From: Phaeosaccion multiseriatum
Lineage: Eukaryota; Protista; Ochrophyta, other classes
Direction of reading: 5' to 3'
DNA length: 64,000 nt
NCBI GenBank assembly: GCA_965112735.1
Contig: OZ218958.1
Span: forward strand, 2,852,001 to 2,916,000
The translations under genes and the position numbers were made by a program. Of this stretch, positions 37,992 through 50,184 are shown piece after piece. Each line of letters opens with the position of its first letter. Positions within the stretch are counted from its first letter, which is position 1. The notes below the pieces were generated by a model. That model searched no databases, had not been told where the DNA came from, and was given only the letters and a program-made list of their open reading frames with translations.

Positions 37992-40147
37992 GAGGAGGAT
38001 ACACGGAGGGAAGATCGAAAGCGGAGGCACAGAGACAGAGCGAGAAAGAGAAGAAGGATACAAAGCGACAGAGGGAGGGGTCTCTAAACAAGCCTGCCAA
38101 CACACGCACCTTCTGCGCTGCCTCCCCCTCCCCCTCTGGCGCCAGTTCCAAACCGGCGATGCTAAGGTCATCTGCACACATACTCTTGTACTTTGCAAAG
38201 TCTGCGGCAGCGACGGCCTCCTCGAGTTCGGCGGTGGATAGGACAAGCTCCTTCTCGATGAAGGGAGACAGGGACTGGGGGGATGGGGGAGAGATGAAGG
38301 GACAGAGGGAGGGAGGGAGGGAAGGAGGGAGGGAGGGGGTGAGGGATGGGAGAGAGGAGAGTTCGAGGAAAGAGGACCAGGGAAGAAGGAGACGCAGAGA
38401 GAGAGAGGCGTGCGAGAGAGGGGGGGAGATGGAGAAGAACAGAAACATAAACAAAGGACGACATGCCAATCTCTCACACTCTGAGCAATCACACACACAA
38501 ACAGCGCCCTCGCTCCCTCCCTCCCACGCTCTCCCTCCCTCCATCGTTCCCTCCCCCCCCTCTCTCCCTCCCTCCCTCCTCCCTCCCTCCCTCCTCTCTC
38601 TTACCTTCTTAATGTCCCTGAACACCTGCAAGACCCCCTGCTGGGCATCCACCCTGCACACCAGTCCCAGGGCCTCAAAGTGATGCACCACAGGCAGCGT
38701 GGTGTCCACATACGTCGCAAATCTCTTCCGTGCCGTCACCAAGTTATCATCGCTGCGACCCTCCGTGCTCGCTCGCTTGAGCAGTCGGTCCTCCAGCACC
38801 GCTTCCGGGCAGTCGAGGAAGAGGACACAGTTGGTATGGGTGGTGTGTCCCATGATTTCGGTCCACCCCTCGAGGTTGTCCTGGTTCCTGGGGAAACCGT
38901 CAATGAGGAAGCGTGTGGAGCCAGAGGCCACCATCGCCTTTTGCAGCAGGCCCAGACTCAGCGCCACAGGGACGATCTTCCCTTCGTTGATGAAACTGTC
39001 AATGAGCTGTCCGTCGGGGCTCCCACTCGTCCTCTCTTCTCTGAGTAGCTCCCCTGCCGACAGATGGACGTAATCAAAGGCCTCCGCGAGGAGAGCGGAC
39101 TGCGTGCCCTTGCCGCTGCCTGGCCCGCCCAGCACAAATACCACCGACGGTTTCAAGGCAGAGGAGGACGAGGGTGGTGAGGCGGGTGATGAGGCTGTGG
39201 TGGGGGTGGAAGCAGGAGTGGTGGCGGCGGTCTGGCTGGTAGCTGAGGAAGACGCAGCAGCAGTGCCACCAGCGCTGAGTGTTACTCCTCTTCGCCCTCC
39301 TCCTATCGGCTCTCCCCTTCGATTGTTGCGGCTGCTGCTGCTGCTGTTGCTGGTCCCCCCCAAGCTGCTGTTCAGACTGCTTCTGCTGCCACTGCTACTG
39401 CTGTTGCTGCTTTCCGTCTTCCCCCCTCTCCTCCACCTTGCATCTCGGCCAAACAACCTTTGTCCCCACCCCCTCCGTGAGGCTCCAGCTCCATCCCCTC
39501 CGCCGCCAGCGCCACCACGAGCTGCAGCGAGGACAGAGAAGGAAGACGAATGAGAGCAAGAGGAGAGCACCGAAGCCACTAGGGGCAAGGCTACCACCGA
39601 TCGACAGCCTCGGCAGCCTCGAGGGCCACAGCTGCTCCCGTCTCCAATCTTTCGGGTGCGACGAGAGAGCGAGTCGGTGCCGGTGCTGGTCATGGTGCTT
39701 AATGTACCATTACTACTGCTGCTACCACTCCTGCTCCCGCTACTCCTGCCGCTGCTACGGCCACTACCACCGCCTACTTTGCCTGAAGCGAAGGCTGGCA
39801 GTCCTCGCGAAGCGAAGCCCAATGCCCCGCGAAGTTGCCATCTGCAAGAAGGCGGGGGGGCATGGACGGGGGTTGGAGGTGTAAGTGGCAGAAGGTGAAG
39901 GGAGGGAATACAGGCGGGGATGAGGACGGAAAGAGGGGAGAGGAGCAGCGGCAGGGGGGTGGGAAGGGGCTCAAACAAGGATGCAAAGCGAAGGGGGGAG
40001 CAAGCTGAAGCAGACAAGGCTCTCTCAAATCCAAGAGGAGTTTGCAGTACGGTCTTCCCACGGCTCAAGGACCAAACCACTGACCGCAGAAACCTACCCG
40101 CTTGCCACGATGGTGAGCATGGCAATGCCAAGCCTTTGCATCAGCAT
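37509..40147 (-). CDS. Plastid-targeted UMP-CMP kinase (adenylate kinase family) with a C-terminal CaMKII-association/NTF2-like domain
   Basis: Exons ~40147-40098, 39841-38605, 38274-38110, 37757-37509. Spliced N-terminus MLMQRLGIAMLTIVASGWQLRGALG|FAS, then a Ser/Arg-rich transit peptide. Kinase motifs VFVLGGPGSGKGTQ, HLSAGELLR, FLIDGFPRN, GRSDDN. C-terminal 'ELEEAVAAADFAKYKSMC...PSVRLMGKSAVV...QTRVWQLQNGSWKVVHCHSS'. Confidence 0.85.
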
Positions 40148-40426
40148 CGTCTTCTCTTCCCTTCACTGTGAGCAGAGAGACGGGCTGCAAGGGTAGAAGG
40201 GCGGCCTCCCAGGATGAGTTTGAGTTCCAGCCTGCGCGGCCGTTGTGACGGCGACGGACAAAATCAAGATCAAAGACGGGGAAAGGCGCTTCAGGCAAAG
40301 GAGGAAGGAGACTCTCCATGATAAGAGGTCCTTTTGTAGTCGGATAACGGGTTTGTCTTGCAACAGGTGCTCGTTCGTGATGCATCCCGCGAGGTGACAA
40401 GAAAGAGAGGGGGAGAGAGAGGAGAG

Positions 40427-41700
40427 ATGGCCTTTCCAGGGATTGCCGCCTTTGGAGGCTCCATGGATACTCATTGTGCTGGTAGATGCAGAAGGCGACG
40501 CAGCAGTGGCAGTGGTCGCAGCACCGGCAGATGCGCCCATGCGAGCGGCAAGGATGGGGGGGGGGGGGGCGGCTTACAATGGAGGTCATCGCGGCAGCTC
40601 TTAGTCAGCGCAGCCGGCTTTCTCCTTCTGAGCAGCTGCTGCGACATTGGCTGGGCATCGAATAGCCCAGTGGGACACAACACCGGGCGTGTGGGAAGGG
40701 GCGGGGGGGGGCATAGCATCAGCAGGAGGGCGGAAGACAGGCAAAGAAGGGCGATTTGGGGCGACGACACTCGGCAGGAGTCTGACCTCCATCAGCAGCA
40801 GCACCAGCGAAGCAATCAATACGACGGCCTGGCCTTTGTTGCAGCACCAAGTATCGTAAGTGGAGTCAGCGATGGTGATACATCCCCCAGGGCGAGTCGA
40901 GGCGGGGGCATGAGGAGGGGCGGCTTCTTCTCTCCCTTCTCCCCTCCTCCGACCGAAGCGCGAAGTGAAGCAGCGACATTCGCGCTCGGCGCCAGTGTGT
41001 ACAACGACGCGGACCAGTCGAGGAGACGCGCTGCTGCGGCTGCGGGGGGAGGGAGCGTGGGGGGGGGCGCCGTCGAAGAGCCCGAATGGCCCCTTGTCAG
41101 GTCAGAGAGAGAGGAAGAGGGTGCCTATCTGTGGGTCTGTCTGTACGTCTGTCTGCCTGTCTATCTACATGTATGTTATCTTTCACCTTCTTACATCTCC
41201 CCTCCCTTGTCCCCACACCTCACCACACACGCCTCTCTCTTCTGTCTGCTCCTGCTGATCTTCCCGCCCCTCCTCCTCCTCCTCCTCCTCCTCCTCCTCA
41301 CGTTTCAACCATACAATCGACACCACCGTCCACACACACCCCACCTCAACCCCCCCCCTTCCGTCTCTATGTCCCTCTCTCTCTATCTTTCTTCTCTCCT
41401 TCTCTCTCTGTCAAACCAAAACCCAAACAACCCCAACACTCACAGATACGACGGCGATCGAATCGAAAAGTACTACAGCAAGAGGCCTTGGGCAGTTACA
41501 GAGCGACTGTCTGTCATGGGCCCTCCCCTCGTGGCCTGGTATGTCAACACGCAAATCGGAAACCGCACAAAGGACTTCTTGCCGCCCGCCTGGGTGGCCT
41601 CCATGAACGAGGCGAGAGCGACGGAGCTGAGGGAGCTGCTCGTCAATAGCAAGAGTGTAACCTTCGTCAAGAGCGGACAGGCGCTCTCCCTCAGGTAGGG

Positions 41701-41737
<37 letters not shown>

Positions 41738-44228
41738 TATGTTACGACTGGTCTCTCTCTGCGCCTCCCTCTCTCCCTCCCTCTCTCCCTCCCCCCCCCC
41801 CCTCTCTCTCTCTCTCTGTCCCTCTGTCCCTGCGCGTCTCTGTTCGCCTCTCTCTTCCTCTCTTAGTCTGTGTGTGTATGTGTGTATGTGCCCAGGGGGG
41901 ATTTGCTCAAGAACGAGGACTACGTCAGAGAGCTCGCCAAGCTTCAGGTACAAAAAGGCACCTCTTACGTACCGTCACGTACGGTCTTTTCCTTGGGTTA
42001 GGCTTAAAGGACATCAATCACTCACTCAATCAAAGCATCACCTCACCGCACCCTACCTCACGCCGCTCACGCAAGCACACCATCATTCGGGCCCGCATTC
42101 TCTAACCCAACCAAAAACCAAATGCCCCTCTCCTGTCTCTCCATGTGCCTCCCTCCCTCCCTCCCTCCCCTCCCCCCGCCTCCGCCTCCCCCTCCGTCCC
42201 TCCTCCCCTCCCTCCCTCCCTCCCTCCTTCCCTCCACCTCCCTCCCCCCTCCCCTCCACCTCCCTTCCTCCTCCCCTCCCTCCTCCCCTCCCCCTCCCTC
42301 CCTCCCTCCTCTTCCTCCCTCCCTCCCTCCCCTCCCCCCCTTTCTCCCTCCCCTCCCTTCCCTTTCTCCCTCCCTCCTCCTCTCCCCCTCCCTCCCTTCC
42401 CTCCGTGTCCCCACCCCCGCCCGCCTTAGGACGAGGTGGGCACGTTCCCTAACTCCGTGGCCATGAAGATCATCGAGGAGGATCTGGGCAGGCCCCCCTG
42501 GCAGATATACGACTTCATCGAGAAGGATCCCATCGCGAGTGCCTCCATCGGGCAGGTGCGTGCGTGCGTGCGTGCGTACGTTCGTCGCTTATCCGCTTGC
42601 GTCTTGCTTTGTCGGTCCTGTGTTTGCCTCCGTCTCTGTCTTTTCCCTCTCCTCTCTCTCTCATGTGTTTGCCTCCGTCTCTGCCTCACCCTGCCGCCAC
42701 TTTTCTCTGTCTCCCTCTCTCTCTGTCCCTCATTCTTCGCTCGTTCGTTCGGTCCTGAATCACCACCCGCCACACCACACCGCCACACCCACCCACTCCA
42801 CCCCACCCCACCCTACCCCACCGTACCACCAACAGGTGTACAAGTGCCGCATCAAGGGCACGCTGGACATCGTGGCGGTGAAAGTGCAACGGCCCGAGGC
42901 ATTTAAGAGTGCCGCCATTGACATGTTTATCCTGAGGAGATTTGCGGCTTGGTTTAAGGAGTATAAGAAACTGAACACGGACATGGTGGGGGTGGCGGAT
43001 CAGTTCGGGGAGCAGCTCTTCAACGAGCTTGACTATGTGCAGGTGAGGGAAGGGAGGGAGGGAGGGAGGGAGCGAGGGAGGGGGGGAGGGAGGGAGGGGG
43101 GGAGGACGGGAGGGAAGGAGGGAGGGAGGGAGTGAGGGAGTGAGGGAGGGAGTGTGTGAGGCTATCTCTGGAGCGTACCAATCACGGTTTGCTGAACGCG
43201 ATGACATATCCGAGGCCAGTAAGCTGAAACTGAAACTGCTTTTGACGTCACATGACGTCACAGGAAGCGAGGAACTGCGTGCGTTTCAAGGAGCTCTACG
43301 GGGACATCCCCAACATCTTCGTACCAGTAAGTCAATGGGCGTCAGTATGTCCATGGGGGGGGAGTGTAGTGCGTCTGCGTGTTGTGTGTGTGAGAGTGTG
43401 TGTGTGTGTGTGTGTGTTTCCCCTTGTTTGCCCCATGGAGAGAATTTAACTCTACAAGATATGGGTGCGTGATTGAAGCGCGTGTGCTGACGTGTCATCG
43501 AGGTATGGCTTCTGACTTCCCTCGCTCCTTTCCTCCCCTTCCCTCCGTCCCTCCCTCGCTCCCTCCCTCGCTCCCTCCCTCCCTCCCTCCCTCTCTCTCT
43601 CCCTCCCTCCCTCCCTCCCTCCCTCCCTCCCTCCCTCTCGCCCTCCCTCCCTCCCTCCCTCCCTCTCTCTCTCACTCATTCTCTCCCCACCCCCCCTGTA
43701 TCAACAGGACGTTTACTTCGATCTCACCAGCCGCCGAGTGCTGACCCAGGAGTGGGTGGAGGGAGAGAAGGGCCCCTGGCCGGAGGATGGGGAGAGACTC
43801 CTCACAGTTGGCTTGCAGTGTTCGGTGATGCAAATTCTCGAGAGCGGCTTCTTCCACTCTGATCCACACAGGGGTAACTTGCTGCGTACTCCGGACGGGA
43901 GACTCGGGTACCTCGACTTTGGCATGATGTCGAATGTTTCGGCCGAGGAGAGGTATGTTTCGATATGTGGATGTGTTCGATATCAATGTCGAGGAGTTCG
44001 ATGCAGCCTAGTTCCAGTTTCAGTTTCTATTCACTCGTATTGCACCAATGAAGAGATGTTTTTATGGAATGTGGTGGAATGTTATGCTCTGGGTGTGGTG
44101 CGTCACTTGCGTCAACTCAACTCAACTCACTCCCTCACCCTCTCCCTCACCCTCTCCCTCACCCTCTCCCTCACCGACTCACTCCACCAACACACACACA
44201 CAAATACACACACGTACTCCATCGACAC

Positions 44229-44296
<68 letters not shown>

Positions 44297-46464
44297 ACAG
44301 CCTGGTGGGCATGACGCTGGGGCTGCAGAACAAGGACATCGGCCTCATCGCCACCAACCTCGTCAACCTCGGCTTCTTACCCGACACCACCAACTTGGGT
44401 GTGTTGGTCCCTGCCCTGGAGGGGGCCATTGCCAAGGCCAGTGGAGGGGCAGGAGCGAGTAAGCTCAACTTCACCATGCTCAACACGGAGATTAACGCAC
44501 TCTCCAGTCAGATTAGCTTTCGGGTGCCCCCCTTTTACTCGCTGGTGGTGCGGACGCTGACGATCCTGGAGGGGTTGGCGCTGAGTGTGGATCCCAACTT
44601 CAGACTCATCAAGGGGGCCTATCCCTACATCGCCAAGCAGGTTGGTTTTGGGTGGGCGATTTGGGTGTGGTTGGGTTAGTTTTGGTTTTGGTTGGGTTGG
44701 GTTGGGTTGGGTTGCTTGTCATTTCCATGGGGAGGGAGAGGGGTTTTCAAAGAGGAGGAGAGAGACGGGGGGACATCATATTCATGATATTGAGAGGAGA
44801 GCTCTACACAGCGAGGGATCAACGCCTCCTCCTCCTCCTCCTCCTCCTCCTCCTCCTCCTCCTCCTCCTCCTCCTCCTCCTCCTCCTTCTCCTCCTCCTA
44901 CTCCTCCCCCTTCTCCTCCTCCCCAATGCCAATACTGACACAAAAACACACACACACACACACAAAAACACACGCACACACAGATCCTGTCCAACCCTGC
45001 CCCTGAGATGAAGGACTTGATGAAGCGAACGCTCGTGTCGCCAACTGGAGGCATTCAGTGGCGGAGGTTGGAGCAGCTCGTCACCATCGCAGACGCCGGC
45101 AAGGTGAGGGTAAGGGTATGGGTGCTTCCTCCCCTCCCCCCCCCCCCGCCCTCCCTCCTTACTCCCTTCCCCTCCCCAACTCCCCACCATGCGCAAACCC
45201 AAACCCAACCCGAATGTCCCAAATACGATACGATACCCAATTCTCCCTCCCAATATCGTCACTTCCCATACACTCACTCCCCATACTCACAGGTGGCGAA
45301 CACGGCTGCGGAGTACGAGGTGCTGAAGCAGGCGCAGTCCCGCAGCGACGTGAGGAAGAAGTTGCTCAATGTGGCGAGCGATACAGGGGAGGAGGACGTC
45401 GTCGTTACCATGGAACTTACCATACAGGTTGGTGGCAGTAGTCAGTAGGGCTATTAGTCGATATCGATATAGCTATTCGATGTCGATATCGATCTCTTGG
45501 TTGGTATCGCAATCTTGATTGGTGTCGTTTCGTTTTAGTGTGTACAGGGGCTGGGCGGGAGGACATTAGACCTTCCTTACTCAATTCTGATGAGAAGGAA
45601 GACCGACATGGATGGCTTCGTGCTCAGTAGAGAGACTAGGTTAGGTTTGGTTATATAAAAGAGATTCAGAGCCGCGGCAGTGCTTGAGTGCTTGCTGTCT
45701 CTAAGATTGAAACTAGACGGACACTAAAGACTGCAGTTCCACTCCTACTCATGTGTGTTGTTTTTCACCATATAACACCCCGTTCCGCAGGTGCTGGACT
45801 TTCTGCTGAGCTCTGAGGGGGCCTTCCTCAAAGACGCCCTCATCACCGAGATTGTGGACACGCTGGACGCCCTGCAGATGACCGCCGTCAATGTGGGCAA
45901 CGACGCTACGGGGGGGTTGTTCGGCACCAAGAGGGATGTGCCTGACAAGGATAAGGTGAGTGGGGAGGGGGGGAGGGAGGGAGGGAGGGAGGGGGCGCTA
46001 GGGAGGGGAGAGTTTGTCCGGATCGATCCTTGTCTTACTTTATGCAGGGCTTATTCTCTCTCTCTGTGGACGGACTTGGAGCTCGAACTTCCTTGCTTAT
46101 GTACTTCCTTACTGAACTTGCACTCCAGGTGGACGCCATTTGGGGGGCTCTGCAGCAGATTCTAGAGACGCAGTCCAACGCCGTCGCGACCAACGGATCC
46201 GGGGGGGCATCAGGGGGGGCTTTTCCGCTCCTGCGTTCGCTGGCTCGGTCGGTGCTGCAGTTGGCGACGGACAGTGATAAACAACGTCAGTACTTGCCGG
46301 TGGTGGCAAGGCTTTCGGAGTTTGCGAGGGAGCTTGTGGCAAGGCTGGTGGAGAGGCAAGCGCAGCGCTTTGTACGGACCGGGTTGAGTGTGTTCAACGT
46401 GCCCGAGACCTTCCCCCTGCTTGCTAATCTTATTGATCTGGCAACTGGGAGCTCGACGAGGTGA
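40427..46464 (+). CDS. ABC1/ADCK atypical kinase (ABC1K, probably plastidial)
   Basis: About 13 exons (40427-41100, 41446-41695, 41895-41947, 42430-42555, 42836-43042, 43264-43326, 43708-43952, 44294-44640, 44984-45103, 45293-45427, 45791-45955, 46129-46464). Motifs FVKSGQALS.R.D, ELAKLQD, PIASASIGQVY, VAVKVQRP, ELDY..EA.N, EWVEG, FFHSDPHRGN, YLDFGMM, FRVPP...LEG.AL..DPNF. Confidence 0.92.
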
Positions 46465-46482
46465 GGGATGGAGGGAGGGAGT

Positions 46483-46608
46483 GAGGAGGAGGAGGAGGAG
46501 GAGGAAGAGGAGGAGGAGGAGGAGGAGGAGGAGGAGGAGGAGGAGGAGGAGGAAGAGGAGGAGGAGGAGGAGGAGGAGGAGGAGGAGGAGGAGGAGGAGG
46601 AGGAGGAG
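46483..46608. repeat. (GAG)n microsatellite just downstream of the ABC1K stop
   Basis: Direct observation. Confidence 0.9.
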
Positions 46609-47802
46609 GTCTGTGCCCTGTGCCCTCCCTCCCTTCCTTCCCCCCTTCCTGCCCTCTCTACTGATGCTGACGGCATAACACTTTCTGATGTTCTCCGTCC
46701 TGTGCTGCTCTTGGGTCTTGACTACAACAGCTGAAACTTGGCCATCCTCTCTTCATCCCTGTCACTCCTCCTGTTACCAACCCTCACCCCCCCTCCCTCG
46801 TCTTGCTGGCACCGCTCACTCTCTCTCCCCCCCCCCACACACACCCTTTCCTTGCACCCCCCACAGAGACCGAAGCCCTTCCCGCTCGAGCGACAGCACT
46901 GGCAGTAGCAACAGTGGCGGAAGGAGAAGATAGCAGTAACATCAGTAGCAGCAGCAGCAGTTGGTGATACTGCAGCAGCAGGAGAAAAGGTGCTACGCCA
47001 ATGCCAGAGTTCCTCTCTCTCTCTCTGTTCCATGTCCCCCTCCCTCTCCCCTCCCCGCAAACCGCACCCCTCCTCCTTCGGCGCGTCAGTGTTTGTGGAT
47101 CACAGTTGGCGAGGCTTCTCCATTCCCCTCTCACGGGGTCATGAGGTGGGGCTATGGGTATCCCCGCCCAGGGGGGGACGGGGGTATGGCTGTATATACC
47201 CCCCTTCATGGGCCTTTCGCCCCGCCAAGGGTGGGAATGGAGTCTGAGCGTGAGCCTGAGCCGGAAACGCGTGTTTGGACGCCAAGCACATCTTGTCGCG
47301 CCGCTGTTGCTCACGTCCGCCAGAGAACAATGGAAGGGCATTGGCGAGTGAGGAGTACTGAGCAGTAGTGAGCAACAGCGGGGACGGAGGGGAGGGGAGG
47401 GGAGAGGGGGGGTGCCGAAGCAGGCTTTCACAAGGGCCTTTCTCGTTAGTCGCAAAAGCTTTTCGTGGCAAGCAATTGTTGGGCAGGGCACTCTCTTGCC
47501 TTCATTGAAGGTGAGAGAGAGACAAACAAGGCTTCTTGACGAGGCTTTTATTCTTTTAACACTCGATTTGCGTAAGCATCGCCCAAATCGCCCGTTTTTT
47601 GGGGGTCGGGCGGCAAAGGGGTGTGCTCTTGCAGAAATGCTCACAAAAAGCGATCAAAGCCGAAAGACTACACTATGAGATCGATAGGCATCTCAAAGAG
47701 CTACGCGAAGAGCTGTAGCACTTCTCCCACCGTCATTTTGCTGAGCTCTCCCAAAACTCGAAAAACTCAACAATATTTACGAAATCGAGTAAAGACAAGT
47801 AT

Positions 47803-49893
47803 TCAAAACCTGACCACCTGAAGCCCCTCGGGTAGATCTGCAGGCAGCCTGCATCTCCTCCCCACCGTAAGCTTCTTCAGCCCAGCAGGTAGGCTCTCCA
47901 GAGGGCAGGAGTATTCAGGACTCAGTGTAAGAGCCCGCAGAGAGGGAGGGAGGTCCAGGGGGAGGTTAAAGTCACGCCCCATGCGTACCTCCTCGACACC
48001 ATTGGGAAGAACCACATGCTGACCAAATCCACCTCCAAAAGTGACCTTCTTCAGCGAGGAAGGGAGGACGATTGGCCTGTTGAACACTGAGATCCATGAA
48101 AACTTCAGCTCCTCCAGAGAGCTTGGTAGCACCAAATCAGCCTGATCGAAGAATTCTCCAAAAGTGACCTTCTTCAGCGAGGAAGGGAGAACGATTGGCC
48201 TGTTGAACTCTGAGCCAGTTGTAAACTCCAGCTCCTCCAGAGAGCTTGGTAGCACCAAATCAGCCTGATCGAAGTACTTTCCAAAAGTGACCTTCTTCAG
48301 CGAGGAAGGGAGAACGATAGGCCTGTTGAACAATGAGAAGCATAAAAACTGCAGCTCTTCCAGAGAGCTTGGTAGCACCAAATCAGCCTGACTGAAACGA
48401 CTCCCAAAAGTGACCTTCTTCAGTGTGGAAGGGAGAATGATAGGCCTGTTGAAATACGACCAATCTGGAAACTCCAGCACCTCCAGAGAGCTTGGTAGCA
48501 CCAAATCAGCCTGATCGAATTGTTCTCCAAAAGTGACCTTCACTAGCGAGGAAGGGAGATCGATTGGCCTGCTGAACCTTGAGATATCTGAAAATTCCAG
48601 CTCCTCCAGAGAGCTTGGTAACACCAAATCAGCCTGATCGAAGTGATCTCCAAAAGTGACCTTCTTCAGTGAGGAAGGGAGAACGATTGGCCTGTTGAAC
48701 TCTGAGGTCCATGGAAACTCCAGCTCCTCCAGAGAGCTTGGTAGCACCAAATCAGCCTGATCGAAGAGTTCTCCAAAAGTGACCTTCTTCAGCGAGGAAG
48801 GGAGCGCGATTGGCCTGTTGAACACTGATTCCTCTGAAAACCCTAGCTCCTCCAGAGAGCTTGGTAGCACCAAATCAGCCTGATCGAAGGCTTTTCCAAA
48901 AGTGACCTTCTTCAGCGAGGAAGGGAGAGCGATTGGCCTGTTGAACTCTGAGGTCCATGGAAACTCCAGCTCCTCCAGAGAGCTTGGTGGCACCAAATCA
49001 GCCTGATCGAAGAGTTCTCCAAAAGTGACCTTCTTCAGTGAGGAAGGGAGAACGATTGGCCTGTTGAAGTTTGAGTTCCATGAAAACTCCAGCACCTCCA
49101 GAGAGCTTGGTAGCACCAAATCAGCCTGATCGAAGAGTTCTCCAAAAGTGACCTTCTTCAGCGAGGAAGGGAGAACGATTGGCTTGCTGAACAATGACTC
49201 CTCTGAAAACTCCAGCACCTCCAGAGAGCTTGGTAGCACCAAATCAGCCTGATCGAAGGCTCTTCCCAAAGTGACCCTCTGCAGTGAGGAAGGGAGACCG
49301 ATTGGCCTGTTGAACCTTGAGTCCCGTGCAAACTCCACCTCCTCCACGCCGCTCGGTACAACAACGCGGCGCGCATCGAAGAACTCCGAAAACCCCACAC
49401 GCTTGACCAAGAGTGGCAACAGTGCCAACACTTTGAGAGCAAGAGCCCCATCAGCAGGAGCCAGCTCGTCAGCGCCTTGACGTTGGATGCCGAGGCGCAC
49501 CGCCTTGACGCGAAAGGAGCCCGCCATACCATGGTCTGGCTGCCTCGCCCTAATCCTCCCCGACCTTCGAAGCCCTTCCCCGGCATGTCTTCCCTGCATG
49601 GAGGCGGGAGGAGGAGAGGAAGCCGCAGCAAGGCGTTGAGTCTCCTCGCGCTCCCGCTGCTGCTGCTGCTTCAGCATACTCAGCACACGCGACTGGACAG
49701 CTTGGGGCATGTCGGCGTTGATCACCAAAGCGCGGGAGGTTAACTTGTCGACCTCCTTGCATACGCCCCACAGAGCCTTGTTTGAAACACGGCCAGCAAC
49801 CACCCTCAATGCCGCCGGCCCGCTGCTGCTGAGACTGGTGCGCTCTAGCAAATTTCCCCCCGCTCCACCAGTCTCTTGACGACTTTCTTCCAT
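47803..49893 (-). CDS. FNIP-repeat (LRR-like) protein B, intronless, 11 x 41-aa units; inverted paralogue of A
   Basis: Same N-terminal domain, repeat scaffold and C-cap as 30925-33069. The upstream ATG of copy A is TTG here (49944), so the likely start is the ATG at 49893. Confidence 0.9.
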   Translation of the reverse strand: MEESRQETGGAGGNLLERTSLSSSGPAALRVVAGRVSNKALWGVCKEVDKLTSRALVINADMPQAVQSRVLSMLKQQQQREREETQRLAAASSPPPASMQGRHAGEGLRRSGRIRARQPDHGMAGSFRVKAVRLGIQRQGADELAPADGALALKVLALLPLLVKRVGFSEFFDARRVVVPSGVEEVEFARDSRFNRPIGLPSSLQRVTLGRAFDQADLVLPSSLEVLEFSEESLFSKPIVLPSSLKKVTFGELFDQADLVLPSSLEVLEFSWNSNFNRPIVLPSSLKKVTFGELFDQADLVPPSSLEELEFPWTSEFNRPIALPSSLKKVTFGKAFDQADLVLPSSLEELGFSEESVFNRPIALPSSLKKVTFGELFDQADLVLPSSLEELEFPWTSEFNRPIVLPSSLKKVTFGDHFDQADLVLPSSLEELEFSDISRFSRPIDLPSSLVKVTFGEQFDQADLVLPSSLEVLEFPDWSYFNRPIILPSTLKKVTFGSRFSQADLVLPSSLEELQFLCFSLFNRPIVLPSSLKKVTFGKYFDQADLVLPSSLEELEFTTGSEFNRPIVLPSSLKKVTFGEFFDQADLVLPSSLEELKFSWISVFNRPIVLPSSLKKVTFGGGFGQHVVLPNGVEEVRMGRDFNLPLDLPPSLRALTLSPEYSCPLESLPAGLKKLTVGRRCRLPADLPEGLQVVRF

Positions 49894-50184
49894 CACGATG
49901 CCCCCCCCCTTCGTTTCACCTCCCTTCGACGTGGTGCCCTTCAATGTACTCTCTCTTTCCTTCCCCCTTTCCAGCGTCTCTGCGATACTTCACTGTGGTT
50001 CGGTGGTGTAGACCGACTGATCGGGAATCGGGAATTGGGGGGAATGGAAATCATCAGAGTCAAAGGACCTGACTTGACTTGACGTGTTGGTGCTAGATTC
50101 GTTGAGGGGGCTCACAGCTCCGGCCGAGGGCTGGAAGCAAGAGGGGGGGGGCAACAATCGGCCTTTTTTTCTTACGATTCCATC

